Origin: Perna viridis
Taxonomy: Eukaryota
DNA: 64,000 nucleotides
Direction of reading: 5' to 3'
Assembly (NCBI GenBank): GCA_037379345.1
Contig: CM074512.1
Coordinates: 48,815,597 to 48,879,596 of the forward strand
The position numbers were made by a program, and so were the translations under genes. Positions 48,241-61,203 of this stretch are shown here, one piece after another. The notes under the pieces are model-generated. The model was not told where the DNA came from. It saw only the letters and a list, made by a program, of their open reading frames with translations, and did not search any database. Positions within the stretch are counted from its first letter, which is position 1. Every line of letters starts with the position of its first letter.

Positions 48241-51200
48241 TCAGAAAAAAGTGATTTCTAAATCATCATCTTGTACTTTACAGAGTAAGTCACTTGAGCA
48301 CCAAAACTCAGTGAACTTTAGTATTGGAAATCTATAAAAGTCAGCTTCAATACGTAATTTCAGCTGCTGTAAATAGAAAATATAAATATCATTTGGTAAA
48401 ACATGTTTACCATCAAACTTTTTACTATTTCTTTTAATCCATACAGTTTTACAATATAAAGAAATCAACAATAATACCACACTTTTAGTTCTTCCAACAA
48501 CATTAATATCTCTAAAAAGTATATGTTTATAATCTAAGGAAATACTTCCATTAGATAAAGAGAATATCCAATTCTTAATAAGAACAAATAAGTTTTTGAC
48601 ATCCCTACATTCGCAAAATAAATGAATTAAAGTTTCCGGTTCTCTGGCACAAAAAGTACATCTATTAGACTTATACACATTATGATTAAATAATAAACTA
48701 TTAGTAGGCAAAACATTATGCACTACTTTATAAATAACATCTCTAGAAAAGCGATCAATAAACTTATCAAATACATTTTTAAATACAATTCTAAAATCCA
48801 CTCCAGGATTTTTTTCAACAACTTTAGGAACATAAATTTCCTTTTCTAATAGAACCTTATACAAAACTTTTGTAGTTACACCCCTTAGATCTACATCACT
48901 ACACAATTTTAAATCAATTAAAGCATCAATACAACATCTATAAAAGGACGAAATGACCTCACTGTGAGGCATGTATAAAGATGTAAACAATTCATTATAA
49001 AATCGTAAAGAATAACCAGCCCAGTATATCGCATAATTGACAAACTTTACCTGTCTATTGTTAATAATATCGGACAAGTGTTTCAAGCGTAACGCTTTTA
49101 ACTTTAAATCGATATTCACAATATTCAAACCACCCTGACTTAAATCTAAATATAAATTCTTACGACTAATCATTTCTACCTTATCATTCCATATAAACTT
49201 AAAAATACAACGTTGGAATTTAATTATCCAATGTTTAGACATCGGCACAACAGTACCTACATACCACAACTTAGATAAAGCACACGTATTTACAATAATT
49301 GATTTTTCTAATAAAGATAAACTTCTCAACCTCCATAATTTCAAGGTCTTTTCTAACTTAATAAAAATGGGATGCCATACATCATCCTGTGACAAATCAT
49401 TACCACACTTAATACCTATTAATTTCATACTATCAACAAAATTTATACCAAATCTATGATTTTCTTTTCTACATTTCCAAGCACCTAACCACATACCTTT
49501 TGTTTTATTTTTATTAAGCTTGGAACCTGAACCTTTACCAAATAAATCAATCCAATATAAAAATTTATGTATACTTTTATCAGTAGTAACAATACCAGTA
49601 CTATCATCGGCAAAAACAGATATTTTACAATTATCAACAGAACCAGGAATATTCATACCAATAATATCAGTATCGTTCACAACTTTACGAACAAAAGGTT
49701 CAAGACATAAAACATATAATAAAGGTGACAAACTACACCCTTGTTTGACAGATCTAGTGATCCGCACAGGGTCAGAAATAAAATTATTCACAATAACTGA
49801 TGAAGACAAATCATGATATAAAATCTTGATCCATTTAATTAAATTCGGACCAAAATTAAATTTTTCTAAAACATTGAATAAAAAGGTATGATTAATACGA
49901 TCAAATGCTTTCTCTTGATCAAGAGAAATGAAAGCACAATTAATATTCTTCTGATTAACATAGTCAATAATGTTCCTATGTAAATGGGCATTGTCTAAAA
50001 TACTTCTGCCCCTAACAGCACAAGTTTGATCAACACCAATAATTTTATCAGAAACTAAACCCATTCTATTACAAATAATTTTACTTAAAATCTTAACATC
50101 AATATTAATTAAACTAATAGGACGATAACATTTAACATCAAAATGTCTAGAAACATCTTTACAAATAAGAGATATATAACTTGTTCTTTGACTAACTGAC
50201 AAAGTATTTTCATCAAAAATATTATCATACAAATTTAATAACAAAGGTGCAAAAATGTCAATAAATTTGACATAAAATTCTTTGGGCAGTCCATCAGGCC
50301 CCGGTGATTTATTGTTATCCATACCTTTAACAGAGTTAATAATTTCATCCTCAGTAATATTAGATTCACAAATATCTCTATCATCATTATCTAACATAGG
50401 TAAATCATCTAAGAAATATTTCATAACATCAAAATCAATAGCTTCCTCTTTAAATAAATCACTATAAAAGTTTTCAAATTGCTTAATAATATCGCAATGT
50501 TTTGTAAAAATACCATCATCATTTCTAATTTCACAAATATTTTTCTTTTTTCCTCTACGAACTTCCTTTTGGAAAAAATATTGACTCGGAAGTTCACTAT
50601 TATCTAGTAAATTTGCTTTACTTCTAATTTGAGCACCTCTAAAATCTTTAACATAATAATCTTTAATCTCATTCTTAAGTACATCAATTTGTTCTGAAAA
50701 ATTACCTGGCGTTTTCTTTTCTAATTTACATAAATGAAAATATCGTTTCTCTAATTGTCTAATTACAGTATACTTAAGTTTATTTTTCTTTTTACAATAA
50801 TCAATACAAAAGACCTTAATATTTTCTTTAAAATAATCCCACATATCAATACACATATCTAAACCATCGATAAAGTTAATAAACCACTCTCGAAAAGAAA
50901 TACAAAAAGCTCTATCGTCTAATATAGAGGTGTTTAATTTCCAATAACCTTCACCTCTCTTTACATCAGTGTTATTTACAAACGATACATAAACACAATC
51001 ATGATCAGAAAAAGCAAAAGGTAGAACGTCACAATTCTTAACAAAAGGTTTTAATTCACTAGAAAAGTACATGCAATCTAATCGACACGCAATATTATTA
51101 CCCCGCCAGGTGACACATTTACAATTAGGATATAAATACCTATAAACGTCACAAAGGTCAAAATCAGATACAATGGTTCTTAATTTGTCAACACCTGTAG

Positions 51201-51741
51201 TACCTAAATGGGGATTTCCCCCGATCTTATCAAGTTTTGGATCCATAATACAATTAAAATCACCACCAAATATTTTACAATTCTGTGTCATTAGAAAAGG
51301 ATATATATACTCAAAGAATTCTTTTCTATCACTACTATCATTAGGTGCATAAATATTAAACAATCTATACGGAACATTATCAATTTTAACATCAATAAAT
51401 TGAAAACGTCCGTCTATATCTCTATGATATTTAACTACAACAAAATCTATAGAATGAGAAATAAAAATAGCTGTTCCCCTACTTAAATTAGAACCGAAGT
51501 TCCAAAAACATCTATACATATGTAAGTATTTATCTAAAATCTTACTTACTTTAGAATTCGAAACATGAGTTTCTTGTAAAAATAATATATCTATATATTT
51601 ACGCAAACAAAATTGCTTCAATACATACTGACATTTCACATCTAATAATCCATTAATATTCAAAGTAGCACAATTGATTATGTTTTCTTTTTCAGATAAA
51701 GTCGTAATAATATTGATAATTAAGAACGGTATATAACTCAA
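48241..51741 (-). CDS. ORF2 (APE endonuclease-RT-zinc finger), type A
   Basis: Same protein as 25196-28696. Confidence 0.95.
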   Translation of the reverse strand: MSYIPFLIINIITTLSEKENIINCATLNINGLLDVKCQYVLKQFCLRKYIDILFLQETHVSNSKVSKILDKYLHMYRCFWNFGSNLSRGTAIFISHSIDFVVVKYHRDIDGRFQFIDVKIDNVPYRLFNIYAPNDSSDRKEFFEYIYPFLMTQNCKIFGGDFNCIMDPKLDKIGGNPHLGTTGVDKLRTIVSDFDLCDVYRYLYPNCKCVTWRGNNIACRLDCMYFSSELKPFVKNCDVLPFAFSDHDCVYVSFVNNTDVKRGEGYWKLNTSILDDRAFCISFREWFINFIDGLDMCIDMWDYFKENIKVFCIDYCKKKNKLKYTVIRQLEKRYFHLCKLEKKTPGNFSEQIDVLKNEIKDYYVKDFRGAQIRSKANLLDNSELPSQYFFQKEVRRGKKKNICEIRNDDGIFTKHCDIIKQFENFYSDLFKEEAIDFDVMKYFLDDLPMLDNDDRDICESNITEDEIINSVKGMDNNKSPGPDGLPKEFYVKFIDIFAPLLLNLYDNIFDENTLSVSQRTSYISLICKDVSRHFDVKCYRPISLINIDVKILSKIICNRMGLVSDKIIGVDQTCAVRGRSILDNAHLHRNIIDYVNQKNINCAFISLDQEKAFDRINHTFLFNVLEKFNFGPNLIKWIKILYHDLSSSVIVNNFISDPVRITRSVKQGCSLSPLLYVLCLEPFVRKVVNDTDIIGMNIPGSVDNCKISVFADDSTGIVTTDKSIHKFLYWIDLFGKGSGSKLNKNKTKGMWLGAWKCRKENHRFGINFVDSMKLIGIKCGNDLSQDDVWHPIFIKLEKTLKLWRLRSLSLLEKSIIVNTCALSKLWYVGTVVPMSKHWIIKFQRCIFKFIWNDKVEMISRKNLYLDLSQGGLNIVNIDLKLKALRLKHLSDIINNRQVKFVNYAIYWAGYSLRFYNELFTSLYMPHSEVISSFYRCCIDALIDLKLCSDVDLRGVTTKVLYKVLLEKEIYVPKVVEKNPGVDFRIVFKNVFDKFIDRFSRDVIYKVVHNVLPTNSLLFNHNVYKSNRCTFCAREPETLIHLFCECRDVKNLFVLIKNWIFSLSNGSISLDYKHILFRDINVVGRTKSVVLLLISLYCKTVWIKRNSKKFDGKHVLPNDIYIFYLQQLKLRIEADFYRFPILKFTEFWCSSDLLCKVQDDDLEITFF

Positions 51742-52460
51742 AACGAATTAGCCAAATTATAATTACAGGTAACTTGCAAGAAATTAAATGTCTGGTTAGG
51801 GAAAAGAACAAAGAAACTAATTGCACTGTAAAAATCTAAATGTCCAAACAAAAGACAAAACACAGTAGATTTAAAAAATCTTTTGAAAATGCAACAGTAT
51901 TTCAAACGGTCACAATGAAAGAATATGTAACGAAATTTTATCGTCTGCAAACAAAGATAAATTACAGGTAAGTTATAAACATTATGATAAGAAAAGTTTA
52001 AATACCTAAAGGAAGAAAATTGTTCAAGGTGAACTGATACAATAGACTTCTCCGACATGCAAAAATTTAAATGTTTAGACAATAGAGCAATTAACTGTTT
52101 AAAACAGTTAACAGTGAAAATGATACTAACAAAACAATAGAAAATAAAGCACACTCGACAATGACATGTGAGTATATTTTTAGTGTTAATAAAACGTTCT
52201 ATCAAACAATGAACAGAAAATATTTGAGGCTCTAAGCATTTAACACTGAACAGAAATAAGCTAAATGAAACACATCTTGTCACGTATAAAATGAAAACGG
52301 CAAATATAGAAAGTGAAAAATTACCAATAACACATAATAATATACGATAATACAAAATAATAAACGAAAAGAGAAAAATACACCAATAGGTTGAGTAGTC
52401 CATGAACAGAAAGGCTATCAAAACAGGGGGGATAGAATAGTTCTCATTGTCCATAATCAT
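51738..52460 (-). CDS. Putative third ORF (240 aa, hydrophobic)
   Basis: As 28693-29415, with one Y>N difference. Confidence 0.45.
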   Translation of the reverse strand: MIMDNENYSIPPVLIAFLFMDYSTYWCIFLFSFIILYYRILLCVIGNFSLSIFAVFILYVTRCVSFSLFLFSVKCLEPQIFSVHCLIERFINTKNILTCHCRVCFIFYCFVSIIFTVNCFKQLIALLSKHLNFCMSEKSIVSVHLEQFSSFRYLNFSYHNVYNLPVIYLCLQTIKFRYIFFHCDRLKYCCIFKRFFKSTVFCLLFGHLDFYSAISFFVLFPNQTFNFLQVTCNYNLANSF

Positions 52461-52476
52461 TCCGTTTCATTGTCGT

Positions 52477-53436
52477 TTAACTAACATCAACAGCTGTGTC
52501 CTCCGTGTTCTCCGGGGCTGTTATCAAAGAAGGGAGGAAAGGCTTCATTTCCATTTCCTCCAAATCATCACTACCACCATAATCATTGCACTCCGCCGCT
52601 CTTCGCTTCTTGGTTACAGACTCCTCTGTACCATGCCTCATCCCGCGCTTGTCTTGCGGGGAAGCCATACTCTCCTTCTCCTTCTCTTGCCCCCTCCCGC
52701 GCTTGTCTTGCGGGGGGCCCATACCTTCTTTATCCTGCCCCCTCCCGCGCTTGTCTTGCGGGGGGCCCATACTCTCTTTCTCCTGCCTCCTCCCGCGCTG
52801 GTCTTGCTGGGAAACCACATTCACCTCCTGCTCATCTGAAACTCTTGCTGCAGCAGCATATGAGGGTTTTCCTTTACTTGGGCAGGTAGCCCTCTGATGA
52901 CCCACCTCATTACATTTTAGACATAATGAGGGTCTCCCTCTCATGGTTACAAGTATCCGCCTTCCAGCAACAGTCACCTTGTACGGTACCTTATGAACAT
53001 CAGAATCTGGCATTTCAACCAGATAATTAATGACACCATTTTTTAACTTGGTGCCATCAATCACAGTGTCCTCAAAATCTTTCTTAATGATTTTTCCATA
53101 ATTTTGTAGGAAATTGTCCACATAACAACTCTTCATATGTAGAGGATACCAATGTATTCTAATGGCAACTTGTCTCTTATCTAAACGCTCGAAATGGTAT
53201 AGACTTCCACCTGGAGCCTCAAAAGTTTGTCCCGTGCCCAAAGCATCAACTGTATCAGTGGAACTCAACCCAAGATACCAATCTCCACCCTCATCGCACT
53301 TATAAATAGCTGTAATCAATGAAGGATTAATGGTTCCTTTCAGCGCCTCAAGTACTTGTCCTCTGGTATTAAACCACTTTTTCCCAAAATTGACCTTCAG
53401 TGTTTTACTCACTGCGTCAGCATCCAAATACTCCAT
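52477..53436 (-). CDS. Tx1-like ORF1 protein type A (319 aa)
   Basis: As 29432-30391. Confidence 0.88.
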   Translation of the reverse strand: MEYLDADAVSKTLKVNFGKKWFNTRGQVLEALKGTINPSLITAIYKCDEGGDWYLGLSSTDTVDALGTGQTFEAPGGSLYHFERLDKRQVAIRIHWYPLHMKSCYVDNFLQNYGKIIKKDFEDTVIDGTKLKNGVINYLVEMPDSDVHKVPYKVTVAGRRILVTMRGRPSLCLKCNEVGHQRATCPSKGKPSYAAAARVSDEQEVNVVSQQDQRGRRQEKESMGPPQDKRGRGQDKEGMGPPQDKRGRGQEKEKESMASPQDKRGMRHGTEESVTKKRRAAECNDYGGSDDLEEMEMKPFLPSLITAPENTEDTAVDVS

Positions 53437-53443
53437 TTTGATT

Positions 53444-53493
53444 CTGGGGGAACCGCCTTTGTGATCACGGTATCCCCTGTACCAGGTAAGTAT
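53444..53493 (-). pseudogene. U1: U1 snRNA 5' fragment (nt 1-50) fused to element
   Basis: Direct match. Confidence 0.92.
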
Positions 53494-54167
53494 GCTGTAG
53501 CACTGTATCGCAGGGCGACTATTTTCAACGCATTTGTAGTTTTCTGGCGGTGCAATCAATACTTTATTATTGCAGAAAAATTCGTAGTTCATACGCAATG
53601 ATGAATTGTTGTTGACAAGCACGCGGCAAGTATTTTTTGGCATCTTATTGATTTACAGAAATGTGAAAAATGCACAATTCAGTTCGATACTGAACAAATA
53701 TGAAAACCGAAGAAAGTCTAATGTTTAGTAACTCACTTTGTATACGTATGCCCAACCTTTTCCCCGTTGTGCTATAAGTGAAATAGCCGGGAAAATTCAG
53801 TCAGGATTGGCCCAGTAATTTATACTAAAACTGAGCTTTTTATCACATGAAGTTGGTTTTAATTACCAGTGCATTCATTCTAAAATAGATTTCAATTACT
53901 ATCAATTTCAAATCCAGTCATACATACATACACTAACATGCAGTCGCGCTCGCCAAGAAGTGCCGAAAAGTGTGAACAGTGTTGAACATATGGTAATACT
54001 GACACGTGTACATGCAGTTCTCAATTGTCATACATGGGTATAAAAAGACAAAATCTGATTTACGGACACATATCGTAGGAAAAATAAACAAATTAAGCGT
54101 ATTATTTACAGAAAAAGAAAAGCAATTTTAGTAAATATAAGTAACAAAAATAACCACATGTTAATCG

Positions 54168-54465
54168 GTTGGGAGTTGTGGCGTGCTCCTGTGATCCAGC
54201 TACTTGGAGACCAGAGTTGGCGGACGGTGTGAGGGCAGGAGTCCTGGTGGCAGGTGATCTATGTTGAGCGGGCGTCCGCACTAAGATCGGCATCAATATG
54301 GGCACACCGAGGGAGCTCAGTGTGACCAGGTTGTCTAAGGAGGGACGTACAGGCCCAGGGCGGAAACGCAGCAGGCAAAAGTCCCCGTGTCGATCAGTAG
54401 TGGGATCGCGCCTGTGAATAGACGCTTGTCAACAGCCTGTCCAATATAACTGGACTCGACTCTTT
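54168..54465 (+). ncRNA. 7SL: 7SL (SRP) RNA
   Basis: Array copy. Confidence 0.95.
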
Positions 54466-54622
54466 TTTTTTCTTTCCCATACTAAAAAAACTAAAAAAAA
54501 AAATAAAAAAAATTCAATTAATACGAATCGTATCTCATCTGAGGAACCTGCAAGACGTCTCATATTTCAGAACATTTTCCTTCCCAAAATTTTCGCGCCG
54601 AGCATAGCTCGGCGTTTCACAC

Positions 54623-54654
<32 letters not shown>

Positions 54655-55009
54655 ATCAAGCACTCAAGCACAAATATATATCAATATCAATATCAACATC
54701 CATCTCAAACATTTTCAATACACTTCCATACCATGTCAATACTCAAACATACAACCTACCTACCTACCTACAAACTATCTACATCTAACACTCTTTTTCC
54801 ATTTATTCCACTCTCACCTCAGTCTCATCTATTCACTTACTAGTAAGCTTTTCTTTTCACACATAATCCACGCATCATCAACACAAACTTATACCACGCA
54901 TGCATTTTCATTCAAATGTAGCCTGTCTAATTCATTATAAGAACACAAGTTGGCAGATTGATCATTGTATGCATTGTAGGGACTGGTCCTTATTTCTTTA
55001 CATTATAGA

Positions 55010-55173
55010 CGGGGGATAGCGCGAACGCAGTCCCCCACACTAAAAAATTGCGTACCCGAGTTGCCCACATTTGGGGCAATCGCAGGCTTCAGCCTAACCG
55101 GAGTGCAATGGAAAGGCCTCGACCTGGGGGAACCGCCTTTGTGATCACGGTATCCCCTGTACCAGGTAAGTAT
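55010..55173 (-). ncRNA. U1: U1 snRNA
   Basis: Array copy. Confidence 0.97.
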
Positions 55174-55847
55174 GCTGTAGCACTGTATCGCAGGGCGACT
55201 ATTTTCAACGCATTTGTAGTTTTCTGGCGGTGCAATCAATACTTTATTATTGCAGAAAAATTCGTAGTTCATACGCAATGATGAATTGTTGTTGACAAGC
55301 ACGCGGCAAGTATTTTTTGGCATCTTATTGATTTACAGAAATGTGAAAAATGCACAATTCAGTTCGATACTGAACAAATATGAAAACCGAAGAAAGTCTA
55401 ATGTTTAGTAACTCACTTTGTATACGTATGCCCAACCTTTTCCCCGTTGTGCTATAAGTGAAATAGCCGGGAAAATTCAGTCAGGATTGGCCCAGTAATT
55501 TATACTAAAACTGAGCTTTTTATCACATGAAGTTGGTTTTAATTACCAGTGCATTCATTCTAAAATAGATTTCAATTACTATCAATTTCAAATCCAGTCA
55601 TACATACATACACTAACATGCAGTCGCGCTCGCCAAGAAGTGCCGAAAAGTGTGAACAGTGTTGAACATATGGTAATACTGACACGTGTACATGCAGTTC
55701 TCAATTGTCATACATGGGTATAAAAAGACAAAATCTGATTTACGGACACATATCGTAGGAAAAATAAACAAATTAAGCGTATTATTTACAGAAAAAGAAA
55801 AGCAATTTTAGTAAATATAAGTAACAAAAATAACCACATGTTAATCG

Positions 55848-56145
55848 GTTGGGAGTTGTGGCGTGCTCCTGTGATCCAGCTACTTGGAGACCAGAGTTGG
55901 CGGACGGTGCGAGGGCAGGAGTCCTGGTGGCAGGTGATCTATGTTGAGCGGGCGTCCGCACTAAGATCGGCATCAATATGGGCACACCGAGGGAGCTCAG
56001 TGTGACCAGGTTGTCTAAGGAGGGACGTACAGGCCCAGGGCGGAAACGCAGCAGGCAAAAGTCCCCGTGTCGATCAGTAGTGGGATCGCGCCTGTGAATA
56101 GACGCTTGTCAACAGCCTGTCCAATATAACTGGACTCGACTCTTT
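55848..56145 (+). ncRNA. 7SL: 7SL (SRP) RNA (t>c at 55910)
   Basis: Array copy. Confidence 0.95.
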
Positions 56146-56301
56146 TTTTTTCTTTCCCATACTAAAAAAACTAAAAAAAAAAATAAAAAAAATTCAATTA
56201 ATACGAATCGTATCTCATCTGAGGAACCTGCAAGACGTCTCATATTTCAGAACATTTTCCTTCCCAAAATTTTCGCGCCGAGCATAGCTCGGCGTTTCAC
56301 A

Positions 56302-56352
<51 letters not shown>

Positions 56353-56707
56353 ATCAAGCACTCAAGCACAAATATATATCAATATCAATATCAACATCCA
56401 TCTCAAACATTTTCAATACACTTCCATACCATGTCAATACTCAAACATACAACCTACCTACCTACCTACAAACTATCTACATCTAACACTCTTTTTCCAT
56501 TTATTCCACTCTCACCTCAGTCTCATCTATTCACTTACTAGTAAGCTTTTCTTTTCACACATAATCCACGCATCATCAACACAAACTTATACCACGCATG
56601 CATTTTCATTCAAATGTAGCCTGTCTAATTCATTATAAGAACACAAGTTGGCAGATTGATCATTGTATGCATTGTAGGGACTGGTCCTTATTTCTTTACA
56701 TTATAGA

Positions 56708-56871
56708 CGGGGGATAGCGCGAACGCAGTCCCCCACACTAAAAAATTGCGTACCCGAGTTGCCCACATTTGGGGCAATCGCAGGCTTCAGCCTAACCGGA
56801 GTGCAATGGAAAGGCCTCGACCTGGGGGAACCGCCTTTGTGATCACGGTATCCCCTGTACCAGGTAAGTAT
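56708..56871 (-). ncRNA. U1: U1 snRNA
   Basis: Array copy. Confidence 0.97.
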
Positions 56872-57545
56872 GCTGTAGCACTGTATCGCAGGGCGACTAT
56901 TTTCAACGCATTTGTAGTTTTCTGGCGGTGCAATCAATACTTTATTATTGCAGAAAAATTCGTAGTTCATACGCAATGATGAATTGTTGTTGACAAGCAC
57001 GCGGCAAGTATTTTTTGGCATCTTATTGATTTACAGAAATGTGAAAAATGCACAATTCAGTTCGATACTGAACAAATATGAAAACCGAAGAAAGTCTAAT
57101 GTTTAGTAACTCACTTTGTATACGTATGCCCAACCTTTTCCCCGTTGTGCTATAAGTGAAATAGCCGGGAAAATTCAGTCAGGATTGGCCCAGTAATTTA
57201 TACTAAAACTGAGCTTTTTATCACATGAAGTTGGTTTTAATTACCAGTGCATTCATTCTAAAATAGATTTCAATTACTATCAATTTCAAATCCAGTCATA
57301 CATACATACACTAACATGCAGTCGCGCTCGCCAAGAAGTGCCGAAAAGTGTGAACAGTGTTGAACATATGGTAATACTGACACGTGTACATGCAGTTCTC
57401 AATTGTCATACATGGGTATAAAAAGACAAAATCTGATTTACGGACACATATCGTAGGAAAAATAAACAAATTAAGCGTATTATTTACAGAAAAAGAAAAG
57501 CAATTTTAGTAAATATAAGTAACAAAAATAACCACATGTTAATCG

Positions 57546-57843
57546 GTTGGGAGTTGTGGCGTGCTCCTGTGATCCAGCTACTTGGAGACCAGAGTTGGCG
57601 GACGGTGTGAGGGCAGGAGTCCTGGTGGCAGGTGATCTATGTTGAGCGGGCGTCCGCACTAAGATCGGCATCAATATGGGCACACCGAGGGAGCTCAGTG
57701 TGACCAGGTTGTCTAAGGAGGGACGTACAGGCCCAGGGCGGAAACGCAGCAGGCAAAAGTCCCCGTGTCGATCAGTAGTGGGATCGCGCCTGTGAATAGA
57801 CGCTTGTCAACAGCCTGTCCAATATAACTGGACTCGACTCTTT
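57546..57843 (+). ncRNA. 7SL: 7SL (SRP) RNA
   Basis: Array copy. Confidence 0.95.
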
Positions 57844-58000
57844 TTTTTTCTTTCCCATACTAAAAAAACTAAAAAAAAAAATAAAAAAAATTCAATTAAT
57901 ACGAATCGTATCTCATCTGAGGAACCTGCAAGACGTCTCATATTTCAGAACATTTTCCTTCCCAAAATTTTCGCGCCGAGCATAGCTCGGCGTTTCACAC

Positions 58001-58032
<32 letters not shown>

Positions 58033-58387
58033 ATCAAGCACTCAAGCACAAATATATATCAATATCAATATCAACATCCATCTCAAACATTTTCAATACA
58101 CTTCCATACCATGTCAATACTCAAACATACAACCTACCTACCTACCTACAAACTATCTACATCTAACACTCTTTTTCCATTTATTCCACTCTCACCTCAG
58201 TCTCATCTATTCACTTACTAGTAAGCTTTTCTTTTCACACATAATCCACGCATCATCAACACAAACTTATACCACGCATGCATTTTCATTCAAATGTAGC
58301 CTGTCTAATTCATTATAAGAACACAAGTTGGCAGATTGATCATTGTATGCATTGTAGGGACTGGTCCTTATTTCTTTACATTATAGA

Positions 58388-58551
58388 CGGGGGATAGCGC
58401 GAACGCAGTCCCCCACACTAAAAAATTGCGTACCCGAGTTGCCCACATTTGGGGCAATCGCAGGCTTCAGCCTAACCGGAGTGCAATGGAAAGGCCTCGA
58501 CCTGGGGGAACCGCCTTTGTGATCACGGTATCCCCTGTACCAGGTAAGTAT
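58388..58551 (-). ncRNA. U1: U1 snRNA
   Basis: Array copy. Confidence 0.97.
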
Positions 58552-59225
58552 GCTGTAGCACTGTATCGCAGGGCGACTATTTTCAACGCATTTGTAGTTT
58601 TCTGGCGGTGCAATCAATACTTTATTATTGCAGAAAAATTCGTAGTTCATACGCAATGATGAATTGTTGTTGACAAGCACGCGGCAAGTATTTTTTGGCA
58701 TCTTATTGATTTACAGAAATGTGAAAAATGCACAATTCAGTTCGATACTGAACAAATATGAAAACCGAAGAAAGTCTAATGTTTAGTAACTCACTTTGTA
58801 TACGTATGCCCAACCTTTTCCCCGTTGTGCTATAAGTGAAATAGCCGGGAAAATTCAGTCAGGATTGGCCCAGTAATTTATACTAAAACTGAGCTTTTTA
58901 TCACATGAAGTTGGTTTTAATTACCAGTGCATTCATTCTAAAATAGATTTCAATTACTATCAATTTCAAATCCAGTCATACATACATACACTAACATGCA
59001 GTCGCGCTCGCCAAGAAGTGCCGAAAAGTGTGAACAGTGTTGAACATATGGTAATACTGACACGTGTACATGCAGTTCTCAATTGTCATACATGGGTATA
59101 AAAAGACAAAATCTGATTTACGGACACATATCGTAGGAAAAATAAACAAATTAAGCGTATTATTTACAGAAAAAGAAAAGCAATTTTAGTAAATATAAGT
59201 AACAAAAATAACCACATGTTAATCG

Positions 59226-59523
59226 GTTGGGAGTTGTGGCGTGCTCCTGTGATCCAGCTACTTGGAGACCAGAGTTGGCGGACGGTGTGAGGGCAGGAGT
59301 CCTGGTGGCAGGTGATCTATGTTGAGCGGGCGTCCGCACTAAGATCGGCATCAATATGGGCACACCGAGGGAGCTCAGTGTGACCAGGTTGTCTAAGGAG
59401 GGACGTACAGGCCCAGGGCGGAAACGCAGCAGGCAAAAGTCCCCGTGTCGATCAGTAGTGGGATCGCGCCTGTGAATAGACGCTTGTCAACAGCCTGTCC
59501 AATATAACTGGACTCGACTCTTT
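59226..59523 (+). ncRNA. 7SL: 7SL (SRP) RNA
   Basis: Array copy. Confidence 0.95.
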
Positions 59524-59680
59524 TTTTTTCTTTCCCATACTAAAAAAACTAAAAAAAAAAATAAAAAAAATTCAATTAATACGAATCGTATCTCATCTGA
59601 GGAACCTGCAAGACGTCTCATATTTCAGAACATTTTCCTTCCCAAAATTTTCGCGCCGAGCATAGCTCGGCGTTTCACAC

Positions 59681-59712
<32 letters not shown>

Positions 59713-60067
59713 ATCAAGCACTCAAGCACAAATATATATCAATATCAATATCAACATCCATCTCAAACATTTTCAATACACTTCCATACCATGTCAATAC
59801 TCAAACATACAACCTACCTACCTACCTACAAACTATCTACATCTAACACTCTTTTTCCATTTATTCCACTCTCACCTCAGTCTCATCTATTCACTTACTA
59901 GTAAGCTTTTCTTTTCACACATAATCCACGCATCATCAACACAAACTTATACCACGCATGCATTTTCATTCAAATGTAGCCTGTCTAATTCATTATAAGA
60001 ACACAAGTTGGCAGATTGATCATTGTATGCATTGTAGGGACTGGTCCTTATTTCTTTACATTATAGA

Positions 60068-60231
60068 CGGGGGATAGCGCGAACGCAGTCCCCCACACTA
60101 AAAAATTGCGTACCCGAGTTGCCCACATTTGGGGCAATCGCAGGCTTCAGCCTAACCGGAGTGCAATGGAAAGGCCTCGACCTGGGGGAACCGCCTTTGT
60201 GATCACGGTATCCCCTGTACCAGGTAAGTAT
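60068..60231 (-). ncRNA. U1: U1 snRNA
   Basis: Array copy. Confidence 0.97.
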
Positions 60232-60905
60232 GCTGTAGCACTGTATCGCAGAGCGACTATTTTCAACGCATTTGTAGTTTTCTGGCGGTGCAATCAATAC
60301 TTTATTATTGCAGAAAAATTCGTAGTTCATACGCAATGATGAATTGTTGTTGACAAGCACGCGGCAAGTATTTTTTGGCATCTTATTGATTTACAGAAAT
60401 GTGAAAAATGCACAATTCAGTTCGATACTGAACAAATATGAAAACCGAAGAAAGTCTAATGTTTAGTAACTCACTTTGTATACGTATGCCCAACCTTTTC
60501 CCCGTTGTGCTATAAGTGAAATAGCCGGGAAAATTCAGTCAGGATTGGCCCAGTAATTTATACTAAAACTGAGCTTTTTATCACATGAAGTTGGTTTTAA
60601 TTACCAGTGCATTCATTCTAAAATAGATTTCAATTACTATCAATTTCAAATCCAGTCATACATACATACACTAACATGCAGTCGCGCTCGCCAAGAAGTG
60701 CCGAAAAGTGTGAACAGTGTTGAACATATGGTAATACTGACACGTGTACATGCAGTTCTCAATTGTCATACATGGGTATAAAAAGACAAAATCTGATTTA
60801 CGGACACATATCGTAGGAAAAATAAACAAATTAAGCGTATTATTTACAGAAAAAGAAAAGCAATTTTAGTAAATATAAGTAACAAAAATAACCACATGTT
60901 AATCG

Positions 60906-61203
60906 GTTGGGAGTTGTGGCGTGCTCCTGTGATCCAGCTACTTGGAGACCAGAGTTGGCGGACGGTGTGAGGGCAGGAGTCCTGGTGGCAGGTGATCTAT
61001 GTTGAGCGGGCGTCCGCACTAAGATCGGCATCAATATGGGCACACCGAGGGAGCTCAGTGTGACCAGGTTGTCTAAGGAGGGACGTACAGGCCCAGGGCG
61101 GAAACGCAGCAGGCAAAAGTCCCCGTGTCGATCAGTAGTGGGATCGCGCCTGTGAATAGACGCTTGTCAACAGCCTGTCCAATATAACTGGACTCGACTC
61201 TTT
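60906..61203 (+). ncRNA. 7SL: 7SL (SRP) RNA
   Basis: Array copy. Confidence 0.95.

Larger units (their letters stand above)
47835..53443 (-). mobile_element. Full-length type A Tx1-like non-LTR retrotransposon inserted in U1
   Basis: A16 tail; 10-bp duplication ctgggggaac at 47825-47834 and 53444-53453. Confidence 0.96.
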
